Below, one piece after another: positions 36,181-48,875 of a DNA stretch of 64,000 nt. Made by a program: the position numbers and the translations under genes. The notes below the pieces were generated by a model. The model was not told where the DNA came from. It saw only the letters and a list, made by a program, of their open reading frames with translations, and ran no database searches. The stretch's first letter is position 1. Each line of letters starts with the position of its first letter. Source of the stretch: Camelus dromedarius (lineage: Eukaryota); contig NC_087447.1 in assembly GCF_036321535.1 (NCBI RefSeq), positions 37,264,001-37,328,000 of the forward strand, given 5' to 3'.

Positions 36181-36949
36181 TCCCCACCCGCCGTCGGGAG
36201 TGGAAGAGGCAGGCTCGGAGGTGGCCTTTCCTGCAGGAGAGCTTGCCAACCATCACCCCTGCTCCCGCCTGGTTAAGTGAGGCAGCTGGGAAGACCTGAG
36301 GTTCAAGACCCGGCTCAGCCAAGCACTGACTTAGGCAAATCACCTCTTAGAAGCCTCAGTTTTCTCTTATGTAAATATAAACACCCTTTCTCTGCCTGCC
36401 TCACAGAGTGCGTGTAAAGATCTAACGAATTCCCAAGAGTAAACGTGCTTTAAAATGTCACAGGTCGTGAAAGAGGCCGAGATTCGGCATTACTTATTAG
36501 AGGAGGCAGAAGCGAGCCAGCTCTGTCAGGGTCCTTGCTCAGGAGATGCCTGGCCCTGCCCGAATGCTGGGACGCGGGGAGGCTGTGAATTTAGGGCTTG
36601 GGGAGAGAGTTAGGGAGCTTGATGGCCACTCAGAGGCCATCACAGCTACTCCCCTCGCTGGACACTGCCTCAGAGTGGAGGCAAAACCAGCCCAGGGCCA
36701 CACCGGGGCTGAGCCAAGAGTTTCAGACGCAGACTAGAAGCCACCCCACATTAGACCCAGGCGTTTCTCCCCCTGGGTGTTGGCATAGTAGAGGAAAGCC
36801 AGACTCATCGGACAGGACTGGGTTTTAATCTTGCAATGCCCCCAGATGGATCTGTGGCCACAGTCAAATCTCTTAACCTCTCTGAACGGCAGTTTCTTAG
36901 TCAGGTTTTTGATTTTTTTTTTAAAGTTATTTGCGTAGGAAATAAATTC

Positions 36950-37400
36950 CCACGCCGGGCACACATTCTAGCTAAGAAGGCAGCGAGCAGGGCCTTCGCC
37001 AGGGTGCAGAGTCCCCAAGGGCTCCCCGTGACAGCACAACCTCATGGGCACTGGGAGCCCCAGGGAGCCCGCCATGTCCTGGTCCAGGCGCTGCCTCCCA
37101 GGTCCTCGCTGACCTTGGCTGGGGCAGAGCCCGGGGTCCCGGGACGGCCCCCTCGCCCCACCCCGGGGGCGTTTCTCTCCTGCACGGCCGAAGCCCAGCC
37201 ACGTTTTTCTCCTGGCTGGGTCTCTGGAGCCCCGACCCGGCGAGGACAGAGATTTCTCACGACCCACTGCCACCTACTGTCCGCGTCTGGGAACTGCAGG
37301 GTCGGCTACTGCCGGCCTCTGAAGCCACCCCGAGGAGGGGCCGATCTCCAGGCCATCTCAGGCCCTGGGCCGCTGTGGCACGGAGACAGCGCTCAGGTCC
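36950..37400. promoter_or_regulatory. CpG-rich GC patch (small CpG-island-like)
   Basis: High GC content, many CpGs, no recognisable repeat. Confidence 0.45.
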
Positions 37401-37956
37401 CTCTGGCCTGAAGCCCTGGTTCCCTGACTTGCACTGTTAAGGGGTGGCTGAGGCCCTCACCTCTCCGGAAACAGGGATACTAGGAGAAGCCCCTTGCCCT
37501 GCATCTGGCCACAGCTCCCTTTAGAGATCTGAAGATCCTGCCTCTGGGTTTGAAGGGCAGTTTCTGGTCACTCGAACTGAAACAGTCATGGGTCTTCCAG
37601 AGAATGGCTATTGTCCCTGTTTTTAGCTTCCAAAGAGTTAGAACTTATCCTGTCCTGGATGTCTGACCTCGTTCTGCGTCAGGCACGCCCTCTGCCTTTT
37701 CTATACTGTCAGGATCTCTTACGCTACCCTCTCTTAGGGCATGCATCCTGAGCTCAAGGGTGGCCTTGTTGGCTGTGTCATCTTAGACAGTCATTGTACT
37801 ATTGTGAACATTTTTTTTAAATCTGTAGAAGTAGGAATAATAATGATACGCAGGAAGCCCATCAAAGAAGGCTGCAGCCAAGACTGGCCATGAAAGCAGC
37901 CTGACACCTGGGGATATGTGCACATATTTTTCTTGAGCATTCAAAAAACTGCTCAT

Positions 37957-38300
37957 TGCTATGGTCTGAATGTTGGTGTCCCCCCAGTTCACATGTTGAA
38001 ATCCTAACCCGCAGAGAGATAGTATTAAGAGGTGGGACCTTTGGGAGTTTAGGTCAGGAGGGCAGAGCCCTCATAAATGGGGTTAGTGCCCTGATAAAAG
38101 AAGCCTGAGAAAGCTCCCTTGCCCCCTTCCCCATGGGAGGTTCCAGTGGGAAGACTGCCATCAATGAGGAAGTGGTTCTGCACCAGACACTAGGATCTTG
38201 GACTTCACAGCTTCCAGAAGCGTGAGAACTAAACGTTCGTTGTTTATAAGCCACCCCAGTTTGTGGTATTTTGTTATAGCAGCCCGAACGGACTAAGATA
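37957..38300 (+). mobile_element. MLT1A/MLT1A0 solo LTR, full length
   Basis: 'tgctatggtctgaatgtt...ttgaaatcctaacc...ttttgttatagcagcccgaacggactaaga'. Confidence 0.92.
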
Positions 38301-38499
38301 TTCACTGAAACAAGTTAATACAAGCCTGTATGGAGCAGAGGCCTAGGATCTTTTGAATAGCAGTTGGTGGGTGGCGGGAGGTAAAGCAGGGGCCAGGGGT
38401 AGGTGTAGTGAGGGTGGGAGGGGGGGAGAATGGGGAAAATAGGGTATTGAGGCCTCTAGTGTATCCCCACCTATCCAGTACCATTTTCTCTTATAGAAA

Positions 38500-38710
38500 A
38501 TTATTCTCTTCCTTTGACTCATAGCACATGTCACCATTTATAATAATGCATTAACATTCTGTATGTTTTTGTTCAGTGTCTGACTCTGCAGACTGCAAGC
38601 TCTATGAAAATCAGGACCATGTCTGTTCTTTAAACCACTGCACCCCAGTGTCTAGCACTGTGATTGGCACGTGAGAAACATTCAATAAGTATGTACTGAG
38701 TGAATGGCTG
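38500..38710 (+). mobile_element. L2 3' end
   Basis: 'gactgcaagctctatgaaaatcaggaccatgtctg...ccccagtgtctagcac...caataagtatgtactgagtgaatg'. Confidence 0.8.
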
Positions 38711-39359
38711 ACTATAACCATTCATTTATTCCAGAGACAATTAACTATCACCTGGGTCCTTTCGAGTTCTTCCAAAATAATCTGTCCTCTTAGGATTACC
38801 CACAGAGGGCTCACCTCCTAAGCCTTTCTTCCTCGTTGGGTTCTTTTCCGTCTTCCTCATCCTAGACTCAGGCTTCCCACAGGACTTCTTTCTTTTTTTA
38901 ACAAACATTTACACAAAATAAGCAGAGAGGGTTGATGGCTATGTTTGATTTCTCTTTGGTTTTGCCTTTTGATGTAATAAACTCCATAAGGTAGAATTAA
39001 CTATTGCTCCCATTCTCCGGATGAGGAGCCGAATAGCTGAAGAGGTGAATTGACTCGTCATATGTCACAGCTAGTGAATGGCAGGGACACAGCTAAGTCC
39101 CCGCTCCCTGGCTCTAAATCACATGACCTGTCCCCCTCTCTGGATGCTCTGTTCGCCACATGCCATGTACTCCCCTCTTCATGCCCTGGGGCTGATGGTC
39201 CCTGGCAAACCAGGCAGAGTGGCTTTCCAGAAAATAACTAAGGAGAAAGACTCTCAGGAACACTGTCGGGCCTACTGTTGGTATCTACTTCCCTTCCAGT
39301 GGCCATCAGGGCAATTGGGGGACATTTCAACACAAAGACCACCATAGGCCCCAGCAAGT

Positions 39360-39580
39360 TCTCTGGAGCCAGACCTGCTATGTTATATATTGGCCTTGCC
39401 ACCTTCCAGCTCTCTGACCTTGGGCAATTTACTTAAGGTCACTGTGCCACAAGTGCCTCAGCTGTGAAATGGGCATAATGAAAGTGACTACATCATAGGA
39501 TTTCTGTTTGGTTTAAATAAATTAACATGTGCAACCTGCTTAGGAGAGTGCCTGTCACCGAGGATGTGCTCAGTTAATGT
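39360..39580 (+). mobile_element. MIR SINE
   Basis: 'ctctggagccagacc...gaccttgggcaatttactta...tgtgaaatgggcataat'. Confidence 0.8.
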
Positions 39581-39775
39581 TGTTTTCTCTTTCCTTCCTT
39601 CCTTCCTCTCCCATTTCTCTCTCCTCCCTCTCCCCTCTCTCTTCCTTCCTTTCTACTTTTGGTATTCCTTTTTTGGCTCCTTTCTTTCTTTTTTTTTTTT
39701 TTTTTTCTTTCTTGCTTTTTAACTCCTTCTTATCCCTAAATTCCTATCTCTTTCTTGTCTCTTCCCTGAATGTAA
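39580..39775 (+). repeat. Low-complexity polypyrimidine tract
   Basis: CT-rich sequence with a long T run. Confidence 0.85.
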
Positions 39776-41342
39776 CTCATTTCACTCTACTGCCTCAATA
39801 AATACTTGCTGAATATATAAATAAACGAATAAAAGAGATAGAGAGAGAGGAGAGAGCTGGTGCAGGGGAAAATTTTGAAAAAGTGAGGGTAGAACAAAAC
39901 AAGATAATCTTTTTTTTTTTCTTATGTTTGTTTTTATCTTAATGTAAGAACCATATTGTAAGAGCCAAGAAACCTTACCTGGAACCCAACCCTTCCACTC
40001 TCATGCTGTGTTCCCTTGAGCAAGTCAAACAACCTCTCTGGGCCTACATTTTAGCATCTAAAAGGCAGCAAATTGCACTTGATTTTCCCTTCATTCCTTA
40101 ATCTTTTCTCTGTCTCTAACTCTGTGAGGTATAGTTCCATCAGTAGGAAACGTGATGTTGACTCTCCCTAGCATTTGCATAAGGTGGGGTGGTGATGGGG
40201 AGATACCAAATGTAGATTTCTTGGTGGAACCTGTTTCACCTGTGACACTCACAGCAGGCTTCACAGTTGAGTGGCACTGATCTCACACTTGTGCTCAGTT
40301 CTATCTCCAGCTCTGCCTCTTAATAGCAGTGGGACTTTGAGCAAGATGCTCAACACCTCGAAGTTTCCTTTTCCTCATCTGTACAACGGGATTAGATAAA
40401 ATAATATATGTAAAATGCTTAGCACAGTGACTGACACAGAGCAAGTGCAAATTAAATTGTTACTGGTTTGCGTTATTAAAGTTTGTATAGTATCACAACC
40501 CTTGACAAAACCCATAAGGCCAAGTTCTAATGAGTTTCCCACTAGCTGGTATCATGGCCATTTTTTCCATCAAGCTGTCATTGAAAATCTACTCTGTGTT
40601 AGAACTTGAACCAGGTATAGGGTAGAAAAATGGATGAATCATGAGCTCTGACTCCAAGTTCAAAAGATTACATGCACTTTTTCAGATCCTAATATATTCC
40701 TGGCACTTTGCTGTATTATCCCCTTTAATCTTCCTAACAACCCAGCAGGGAGGTTTTGTTGGGGCTACAGGAGTGAGTTAAATAGAGGAAGCAGCAGGGG
40801 TGGAGCCTGAAAGGAGTACAGAGTGATGAGGAATTCACAGGACTCAATCTGGACCACGCCAGAATTCCCCCCTTTTCAAGCCACAATCAGCCAATATTCA
40901 TGGAGTTCCCAATGTGGGAGCAGTATTGAGATTCTCACTAGCCCTCCAGGGTTGGGGGAAGTATTAGTGTCTCCCAGTACTTTCTCTCAGCTCTCTCTCC
41001 TGGCTTCTTGTCCCTTCCCTTCTTTTATTTCTTTGGGGAAAGTCTTGGGCATAAATAATTTGTACCAGAGTATGAATGAGTATCAGTGCCCTCTTCCCTT
41101 TCCCAGGGGACATTTTGCTTTTGCAGCTTGATCTCTCATATCTTTTGGACCAAAACACAAATGTTCCACATTTCTACCCACTAGAATCCTTAACCCAGCC
41201 TGTGTGTGCCTCCACAGCTGCCTGCCTCTTTCATTCCCACTCCAGACAGCTTACTGACAATGTTCTTGTCTATTTCACCCCAAAGGCCCCGGATACTTGT
41301 ATACATCCTCATACTCCCCATCTCCATGAGTCTACTGATGCT

Positions 41343-41356
41343 GCGCCCTCTGCTGG
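41343..41356 (-). promoter_or_regulatory. Perfect CTCF core motif within an L2 remnant
   Basis: Reverse strand CCAGCAGAGGGCGC fits CCASYAGRKGGCRS at all 14 positions. Confidence 0.5.
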
Positions 41357-41554
41357 AATGCACTTCACACACCCAAACACTGCCCAAATACTTTAGGGCC
41401 CAGTTCAGAGATCATCTCCTCCAGGAAGGCCTCCCTGATCTCACAGCTGGAAATAATTTTTCTCTCAGAGAAACTACTAGAGCAGCACGTCACAAATTTT
41501 AATTTGAATGTGATTTTTTTAATATGAATAGCCCAGATATCTTATGAAAATGGA

Positions 41555-41657
41555 GACTCAGATACAGTGGGTCTGAGGGGGGGCTGAGATTCTGCATTTC
41601 TAACACACTGAGCCATGATGTTGATGCTTCTGGTCTGTGAACTGCACATTGAGTAGC
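41555..41657. mobile_element. MER5A fragment (hAT-Charlie)
   Basis: 'gtgggtctgagg...tctgcatttctaac...tgatgttgatgcttctggtc...ttgagtagcaag'. Confidence 0.75.
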
Positions 41658-41726
41658 AAGTGATCCCCAACCCTCTCTGTGTATTGGAATCACATGACCA
41701 GCTTATTTAAACTCCAGATCCTGGGG

Positions 41727-41903
41727 CCAGAGATTGGTCCAGGTTTTGTGAGGTCTAAGCTTATTCTCTGTGGAGGACACTTTAAAAAATATAAAATTAA
41801 GAATAAGAAATTGCTGAAGCTCGTCCTGGGATCCTAAAAGGGGCTGTGTAGATAAAGGATCCTGAAACTTATACTTCATTAGCTTCAAGGTAAATCCATC
41901 CTT
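41727..41903 (-). mobile_element. MER53 nested in a MER5-like element (~41658-42050)
   Basis: Reverse reads 'ggatttaccttgaagctaatgaagtataagtttcagg...cacaaaacctgga', MER53 consensus text. Confidence 0.75.
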
Positions 41904-44714
41904 GCTTGGCCCCACCCACGGACCGAATCTCAGGAGGGTGGAAATGTGGGGGGGGCGGGGGCAGTTTATTTTGTTTTGTTTGCAGAATTTCTCCAGGTGA
42001 GTCTTCGTAGCCAGTCTCTGGACCCAACTCCACCTTTAGGAACTGCTGTCCACAACCTCTTGTTCTCTTCTTGCCTGTCTGCTTACGTCCTTCTATCTCA
42101 CTGATCACCAAAGGCCCCTGTATCAGGCATTGGTCTAGACCCCACAGACACAAGGATCAGTAAAGGACAGACTCTTACCTCAAGAAGCTCTTGGTCTACC
42201 AGAAAGCTGGCCCACAGATGAACACTGCATCAACTGTCTGTCTGAGTTCTGCGGGGCAAGAGGAGGGAACAGAGTTCAGCCAGGACAAGAGGACAAGTTC
42301 TCCCAGAGGGGCTGACATTAGCCAGGTCTTGCTGAATTACTGGGACTTTCCCAAGTTGCAGGGAGGCCTGAAAGAACACAGTCTCTTCAAAGACTAACCA
42401 ATCAAATCCATGTGTGGCAGAAGAGGAAGGCATATGGCAGGGGCAGGGGTCAAGGCTGTGAGAGCTGGTCTGGAGAGTAGCCCACCAGGAGTTTGGGCTC
42501 AATAAGAATGGAACAGTGGGCAGGGGAAGGTTTTCCAGCAGGGAAGTGGCATCACCAGGTCTGTTTTGCACAAGCATGCATTGCTTTCAACTTCTGACAG
42601 TAATTAGTTCTTCCTATGACTTATCCCACTATTAGATCCAGAGATCTGTCCCTTTTTTAATCTTTAATTCTTTAACTACCATTTCTTTTAAAATAATCAC
42701 TATATGTCAGGTAGTGAGCTAAGCTTTTTAATCTCATTCGATCTTCCTATGAACTCTGGAAGGCATAAAAAATGACGTCAATTTTACAGATAAATAAACT
42801 AAGGATCAAAAAGTTGAAGGGACGTGCTCAAGGTAACAAAGAGAAAATGTTAAAAAAGCCTGAAGACCCAGGGACTAGCACAGTGCCATGTACTCAGCAG
42901 GAATGAAAAAGATTCATTGAATTGATACATAAATGCTGGAATTAAAGACCCTCATTGGTTAAGCCAATTTTGGAAAGCACTTTTCAAGTAATTTGAGGGA
43001 TATGGGACTCTCCTGTTTCCCTGGAAATCCCCAACCCCTTCCTCCTCGGTGTCCAGCACCTTCCCAGCAGCCGGGTTCCTTCATCACCTTTTCTGCTTCA
43101 GTTAGAGAAAAGGTACGGTGGTGGACAGATCATGGAACGTGAGAAGACAGTCGATTTGATGATTTAATTTTATTTGTGTTGGGTGGAGGTGGGTTTTATT
43201 TAGGTTTTGAACTCATTCCATTCCATTCAATCCAATTCACATATTTCGATTAAGGCAAATGAACCAAATTTTAAAAAATATTTAGTGAGTGCCTAATATT
43301 GCCACTGGGTGGCAAGTGATAGAGTGAGTGAGAACCCCCAGGATGCTGTGGCTTCTGGAAACACAGGCTCTGAATCTGATACTCCTCCTAGAATCCATTC
43401 TAATTTACAGCAAAATGTGGCTCTTCCTTCCTGGTTTTAACTTCTAACCATTTCCTCCAGCAGGTTCAGCCTCATTTCCCCATTCTCATTGTCAAAATAG
43501 ATGGTCATGACATTTGATACAGCATGTGACTTTCTGTATTTGAGGGGATCCATACAACCATACAAGGGGAAAAGCAGAGTAAGACCATTAGGATTCCCCT
43601 CTGACAACAGAAACTCAGAGAGGTTCAAAACCTTGCCTGTGCCACACAGCTAGGAAACTGTGTCCAGAACGCAGTGTCTAAGGCTTGGTGGTGGACAATT
43701 CCAATGTGACACTGCTGATGAGTCACCTGGCAGGTAATCCACATCCCTTTAATGATATGTTCACTGGTATTTTGTTCTCTCTTTTGTTCACACTGGTTAA
43801 TTTTCTCTTCCCAAACAGACTGCAAACAACATATCAGGAGGACACCTCCCTTATTCTTTCACTTCCTACACCTTAATGAACATTATGTGCCATGCACTGT
43901 GAGAGTTCCTATTATGGGAGGTACAAGAGATACAATTGTGAATAAAATAGACACATTCCTGCCCTCTGAAAGTATACAGTCTAATGGAATAATATTTTAT
44001 AACTTTCTGAATTTTTACTATGTCCTAAGTTTTTGTGTTCTCCATTTTGTAGATGAGTATATTGAGACACCGAGAGTAACAAGGAACTTGTCTACATTAG
44101 GAGAGCTGGGATTCCCATGGATTCCCCAAAGAGGCTGGTCCGGGGCTGAAGTGACATGGTAGGATTAAGCAGATAATAACATGGCTCTACAAGGCAGACA
44201 GATTCCATCTCAGCTCAGCCAATTACTTGCGTGATCTTATGAAGGCAATTTACCTTTGAACCTCAGTGTCTGCATCTGTAATGTAGGAGTAGCAACAACC
44301 AGCTCCCAGTTTTGTTCCATGGATCAGACGATAAAATGAATGCAAGACCCTTGAATAAATACCTGACCCAGAGCAAGAGCACCATACATGGTAACTGTCA
44401 TCACTGCTAATAATACTAAGTGGCTGACGCAGCCTGAGTGTGCGTGCATTCATGTGCGTGATATTTTGTGAGCGTCTCCTGCCCCCTAAGTTCCTGAGAG
44501 TTCAATGCTGTAAGCTCTCCACATCTCAGCTCTGCTCATGGCCAGTGACAGAGGCCACTCACAACAGGCTCCATCTCTGTGACCAGTGGATGCCAACGGC
44601 CCCCTCGTTGGAAACAATGACAAGCCCAGCTCAGCACACAGATGCCTCCAACTGGCTTCTGAGCCCTGCCAAGGCCTCGTGCCCACTCGAGCACCAGAGG
44701 GAGGGGTGACTGTG

Positions 44715-45300
44715 GCATAAACACACGTTTGCTTTCATTTGGCTTAGCTGACTGTGTGTTTTGTTAAACAAATTTAGGTTTGGAAAAGATTATTTTTGGT
44801 ACACTGCTGCATAATTAGATGAATTTTCATGAGTTTATTCTTGAAATAAACTTTGAAATTGTCCATGTTTTACTGTTTTTTAATCATCTGCAGATACTGT
44901 TTTTTGAGACTTAGCATGGGGAAAAAAAACCTTGTTACATATCAGTTTAATTTAGATTCAAATAAAATAATTTTTTGAATTTGCAGCAACAACAAGTCTG
45001 CGAAAGTGGTTGTAACTGGTGCTGAGTTGTTTGAGGATCAAGATAATTACAGTATAAAGGATAAGAGAGAATATAATATCCTGGCATCCAGTGCCTATTC
45101 AGCTAATCCCCAGCCCTTGACAGATGTTCAAACACAGTATTTTTAAAAGCTGACTTTTAAAAAAATGGGGCGAGTCACTTATTAGATATAAACAACATGA
45201 TAAGGAATTCAAAGTCTGACATCCTTTGCGAACCATCCGTGCTGAGAAGCAGGAGAGACAAGGTAAAAAGTCAAGTGTGCCACACTCGTTGCTTTAATGG
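44715..45300. promoter_or_regulatory. Candidate conserved non-coding enhancer
   Basis: Repeat-free AT-rich block with TAATTA, TAATCC and forkhead-type TAAACA motifs. Confidence 0.45.
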
Positions 45301-47964
45301 AGGCCCCAGGCAGGGCTGGGACTGCAGAAACGCTGAGCCCCTACTTTGCCAGGAACACAGGTTATGTCTGTATCAGACCTGGAGAAGCAGAGCCCCCAGG
45401 GCAGCTTCGATGATGCTGTGAGCCTGCACAGCAGTGGCCGCAACTCCCTGGTGGCTGTTTAAAGGCAAGGATGCCAAGAGCCAGCACCAGGACAGTTTGC
45501 CTCGCATAGCATTATAGTACTAGGTGGTCCAAAAAGATGACCAGGCAGAGGGAGGGGTAAGGAGCGATCTGTCTGTTGGTGCAAGAATGGCTTTTATCAT
45601 TAGCCCCTACCACTCCTGCACTCACTCATCCCACAAACATTCTTCTGAGCCTGAATATCTGTTGTGTATCAATTCGGCTCCTGGGCTCAGAGATGAGTAA
45701 GACCTCATCCCTGCCCTGCCTCCAAAATCTGCTGGTGTAGCACAGGGGAGAAATCAAATCCATTGATAACAACAGCAAGTTATCATGATGACTGAGCTTT
45801 GCTTGTATGCTAAACTTCATTCTAAGTGTTCTTACCAACTCCTATCATAACTTTATGGAGCAGATACTATTATTACACCCATTTTACAGATCAGGAGACT
45901 ACGGCACAGCATGAGTAAGTGCATGAAATGATTTCTGACCTAGTGGTGGTGGTGGTGGCAGAAGAAGGATCAGGGGAGGCTTCGTGGAGAGGGTAGGATG
46001 TAAGTAGGGTCCGTAAGGACAGATGGGCTTTGCAGATGTGGGGATGCTGGAGAAGGGCATTCAGGGCATAAAGAACCATGCAGAGAGAACAGAAGAAGAA
46101 TATCTGGTTAACTAAGACACCAAGCTGTCCCAAGGATGGTATAGAATTATCTTTTTTTTGCCTCCCTATTGAAATGGAATTCTGTATGAAAAGCCCTCGG
46201 CACAAGCAGGAAGCACAAGCCAGACCCTGAATGCTGGTGTTTTCCTCCTTTGTGCCAAATCTTTTTTCTGGGGTCCTTGAAACTACTTCTGTGACTGCCA
46301 TGGCTCCAAGGTGCTAAAGTGCTTTGGAGAGAAGGCAGCCTCTGCGGAATGCTCCCCTGTAGACCTGGGCCTGCAGCTGTGGGTCTGGGCCGGGAAGAGC
46401 CCAGCCTCAACAGCAGATGAGAGTGAAGCTGGAGGCAGGGTCAGCCAGGGCTGTAGATTCTTCAGAGTGCAAGTGCATGAGAAGGTAGACCACCTGCTCG
46501 ATCTCTCTTTGTTTTCATCTGATGCTTCCATCATCCATTTCACTCTGCTCCCTCTAATCTCTCACCAGCATTAAGAATTGCCTTATCTGCAGATTGCTTT
46601 TAAACAATTGCAGGAATCTTCTTCTCAAGGAAATTCTGTCCTCCCTTCAGCCGTTCACCCCTCCTCCGAGAGCACATTCTTCTATGAGGATCTGCATCCA
46701 GAACAAGGGAGAGGGGCTCCCAGGAGACCATACAAAGAGCCTGATGTGGGGTGGCCAGGGTCTGACATGCTTTAGAACCAGACCGGATTAGCTGGTGTGT
46801 CCTCAGAGTGAAGGAGAAGCTGGGTGTGACCTGCACTCCTGGAGTTTGCCAGGACAAAATTTATTTGAGTGTTTTCTGGGGACCATATGCTGGTCACTGT
46901 GAGAGGCAGCCTGTGTGGAGGTGTCTTAGGTCTTGCCCAAGAGGACCATCTGGAGGGGCTGGAGGGGCATGTGCCCAGGAGAGAAGATTAACTCCTCCAT
47001 CTCAAGCTTACTCTGGGCACTGTCTCAAGGGAGCAGAGGTCCCCACTGTGGTCTTGGTGGCACACCCTCTTAGCAAGCTCCAGAACATTCCTGGCTTGAG
47101 TCAGGGGAGGAGGCGAGCCTGCACTGGTGGGAGGGGTGCCCCCCAGGATGCACTCCTGCTCCATCAGCTTCCCCTGAGGTGTCCTCTGCTCAGGATGCCC
47201 TTCCCTCCCCGGGGTTCCTGCCACAACCATAGAATTCAAGGATTCAGGGCTCTGGTCTGCCTCTAACCTTCTGTGTGTTTTTCTTTCTGACTGGACATCT
47301 CCGATTCTCTGAGCTCAGGCTCAGTTTCAAAAGCTCTCTGTCTTTTTTTCCCAAAATAATATTAACCAGCCTTCATGGAATGATTTCTAGGTACCAGCTA
47401 CTGCTTAAGGGTTTTACATATATTATCTGATTTCATTCTCACCAAAACCTTCAGGAGTGGAACTTGAGGTGTACATGTGTTCTGAGAATAACAAATGTCT
47501 ATTCTTCTTAACACTTAACAGAAATTTCACCCAGGATGAGCATCAAAGGGTGACAGACTGAACAAATGAATCAATGCTGGAAGGAAAGAAGGAAAGAAAG
47601 CAGGTCATCAAGAATGTAGTGAAAGAATCCCTCAGACACTTACTAGTTTGGGTTGATTCTGAGCAAATGTTCTTATCTCTCCGAGTTTTTGTTCTCCCCT
47701 TCGTAAAAAGCAGTTACTGGTAATAAAAAAGTAAAGAAATGTATAGGATATCAAAGTTTTTAGTTTGCTTATAGTATGTGCTCATTTGTTGTTGTTTTTG
47801 TTGTATAAATCTATTTTTTTTTTACCTAATATGAGGACAATTCCACTTTTCTGTGTGTCCAGCCTCTTAGGTAGGCATCAGAATCCCTAGGAGCAATAAG
47901 ACAATTCTGACATCCCTCACACACATACAGTTAGGACCACAGCTTCACATCCGTTTTGGGAAAA

Positions 47965-48095
47965 TGGCTGTCCATTCTGTGCTTGATTACCTCCTCTAAC
48001 AGAAGGCTCACCACTTCTTGAGGCATTTTAATCCATGGTCACACAATCATGGTTGACCAGTTGCTTCTTGTATTGGACTGAAATTTCCTGTCTAC
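47965..48095 (-). mobile_element. CR1/L3 fragment
   Basis: 'ctgtgcttgattacctcc...ggctcaccacttcttgaggca...ttcttgtattggactgaaat'. Confidence 0.55.
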
Positions 48096-48427
48096 CTCAT
48101 TGCAGGAGGAAACAGAACTTTTCCTGCACTGGGCTTCAACTATTCTCTAGGTTGAATGGAAAAGCATAGATTCACAGAATGCCAGAGTTTAAAGAGACTT
48201 AGAAACCTCCTATTCTGGGACCCTAATTCACAGACTAAGAAAATCCATATGCAAAATCCAACCTTTCAATTGGTTGAGAAGAAAAGAATTTCATCATTCA
48301 AACTATTTGTTCAGACTTATGGACTGAATCATATCTCCTTGGAGTTCATTGAGAGGAACGTCACTTCAGCCTCATATATACAAAGTGCTAGTTTCAGAAC
48401 TTCTCCCAGAACAGGCTTCATTGTGCT

Positions 48428-48875
48428 TGTGGTAGATTGCTGTAGTAACGCCTCCGGGCGGATTCACACCACCCTGCACCCGGACCCTTGGGAAGTTCCC
48501 CATGTACTTACTCAGGGTTTGGCCACATGATTTGCTTTGGCTATTGTGACACAGTAGAAACCTGAAAACTGCTTATATATTGGGGCTTATTCTCTTTTGC
48601 TTCTCTTGCAACCCTATGACTGCCACCATGTAATCAAGCCTGGGCTAGTCTGCTGAGAGCCATGTAGCTCATTGCCTTCATCACCCCAACCAACAGCCAC
48701 CTAACTCCCAACAGCAAAGCAAAACTCTCACTTGACTGCAGATGTGGGTGTGAACCATTTGCAACCAGCAGAACTGCCCAGCTGAGCCCAGACCAATTGG
48801 CAACCCTCAGAGTCATCAGCTAAAGCAAATGGTTGTGTTTTAAGCCACGAAGCTTTAGGGTGGATTATTATACTG
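48428..48875 (+). mobile_element. MaLR solo LTR (MLT1F/G/H-like)
   Basis: 'tgtggtagattg...ttggccacatgatttgctttggc...gaactgcccagctgagcccag...ttttaagccac'. Confidence 0.8.

Noticed and set aside
36836..37411. 191-aa ORF and three antisense ORFs
   Set aside because: Pro/Arg/Gly-rich products expected from GC-rich non-coding DNA
45481..45501. REST/NRSE-like CAGCACC-A-GGACAG
   Set aside because: Half-site spacing is 1 nt instead of the canonical 2 and the flanks deviate
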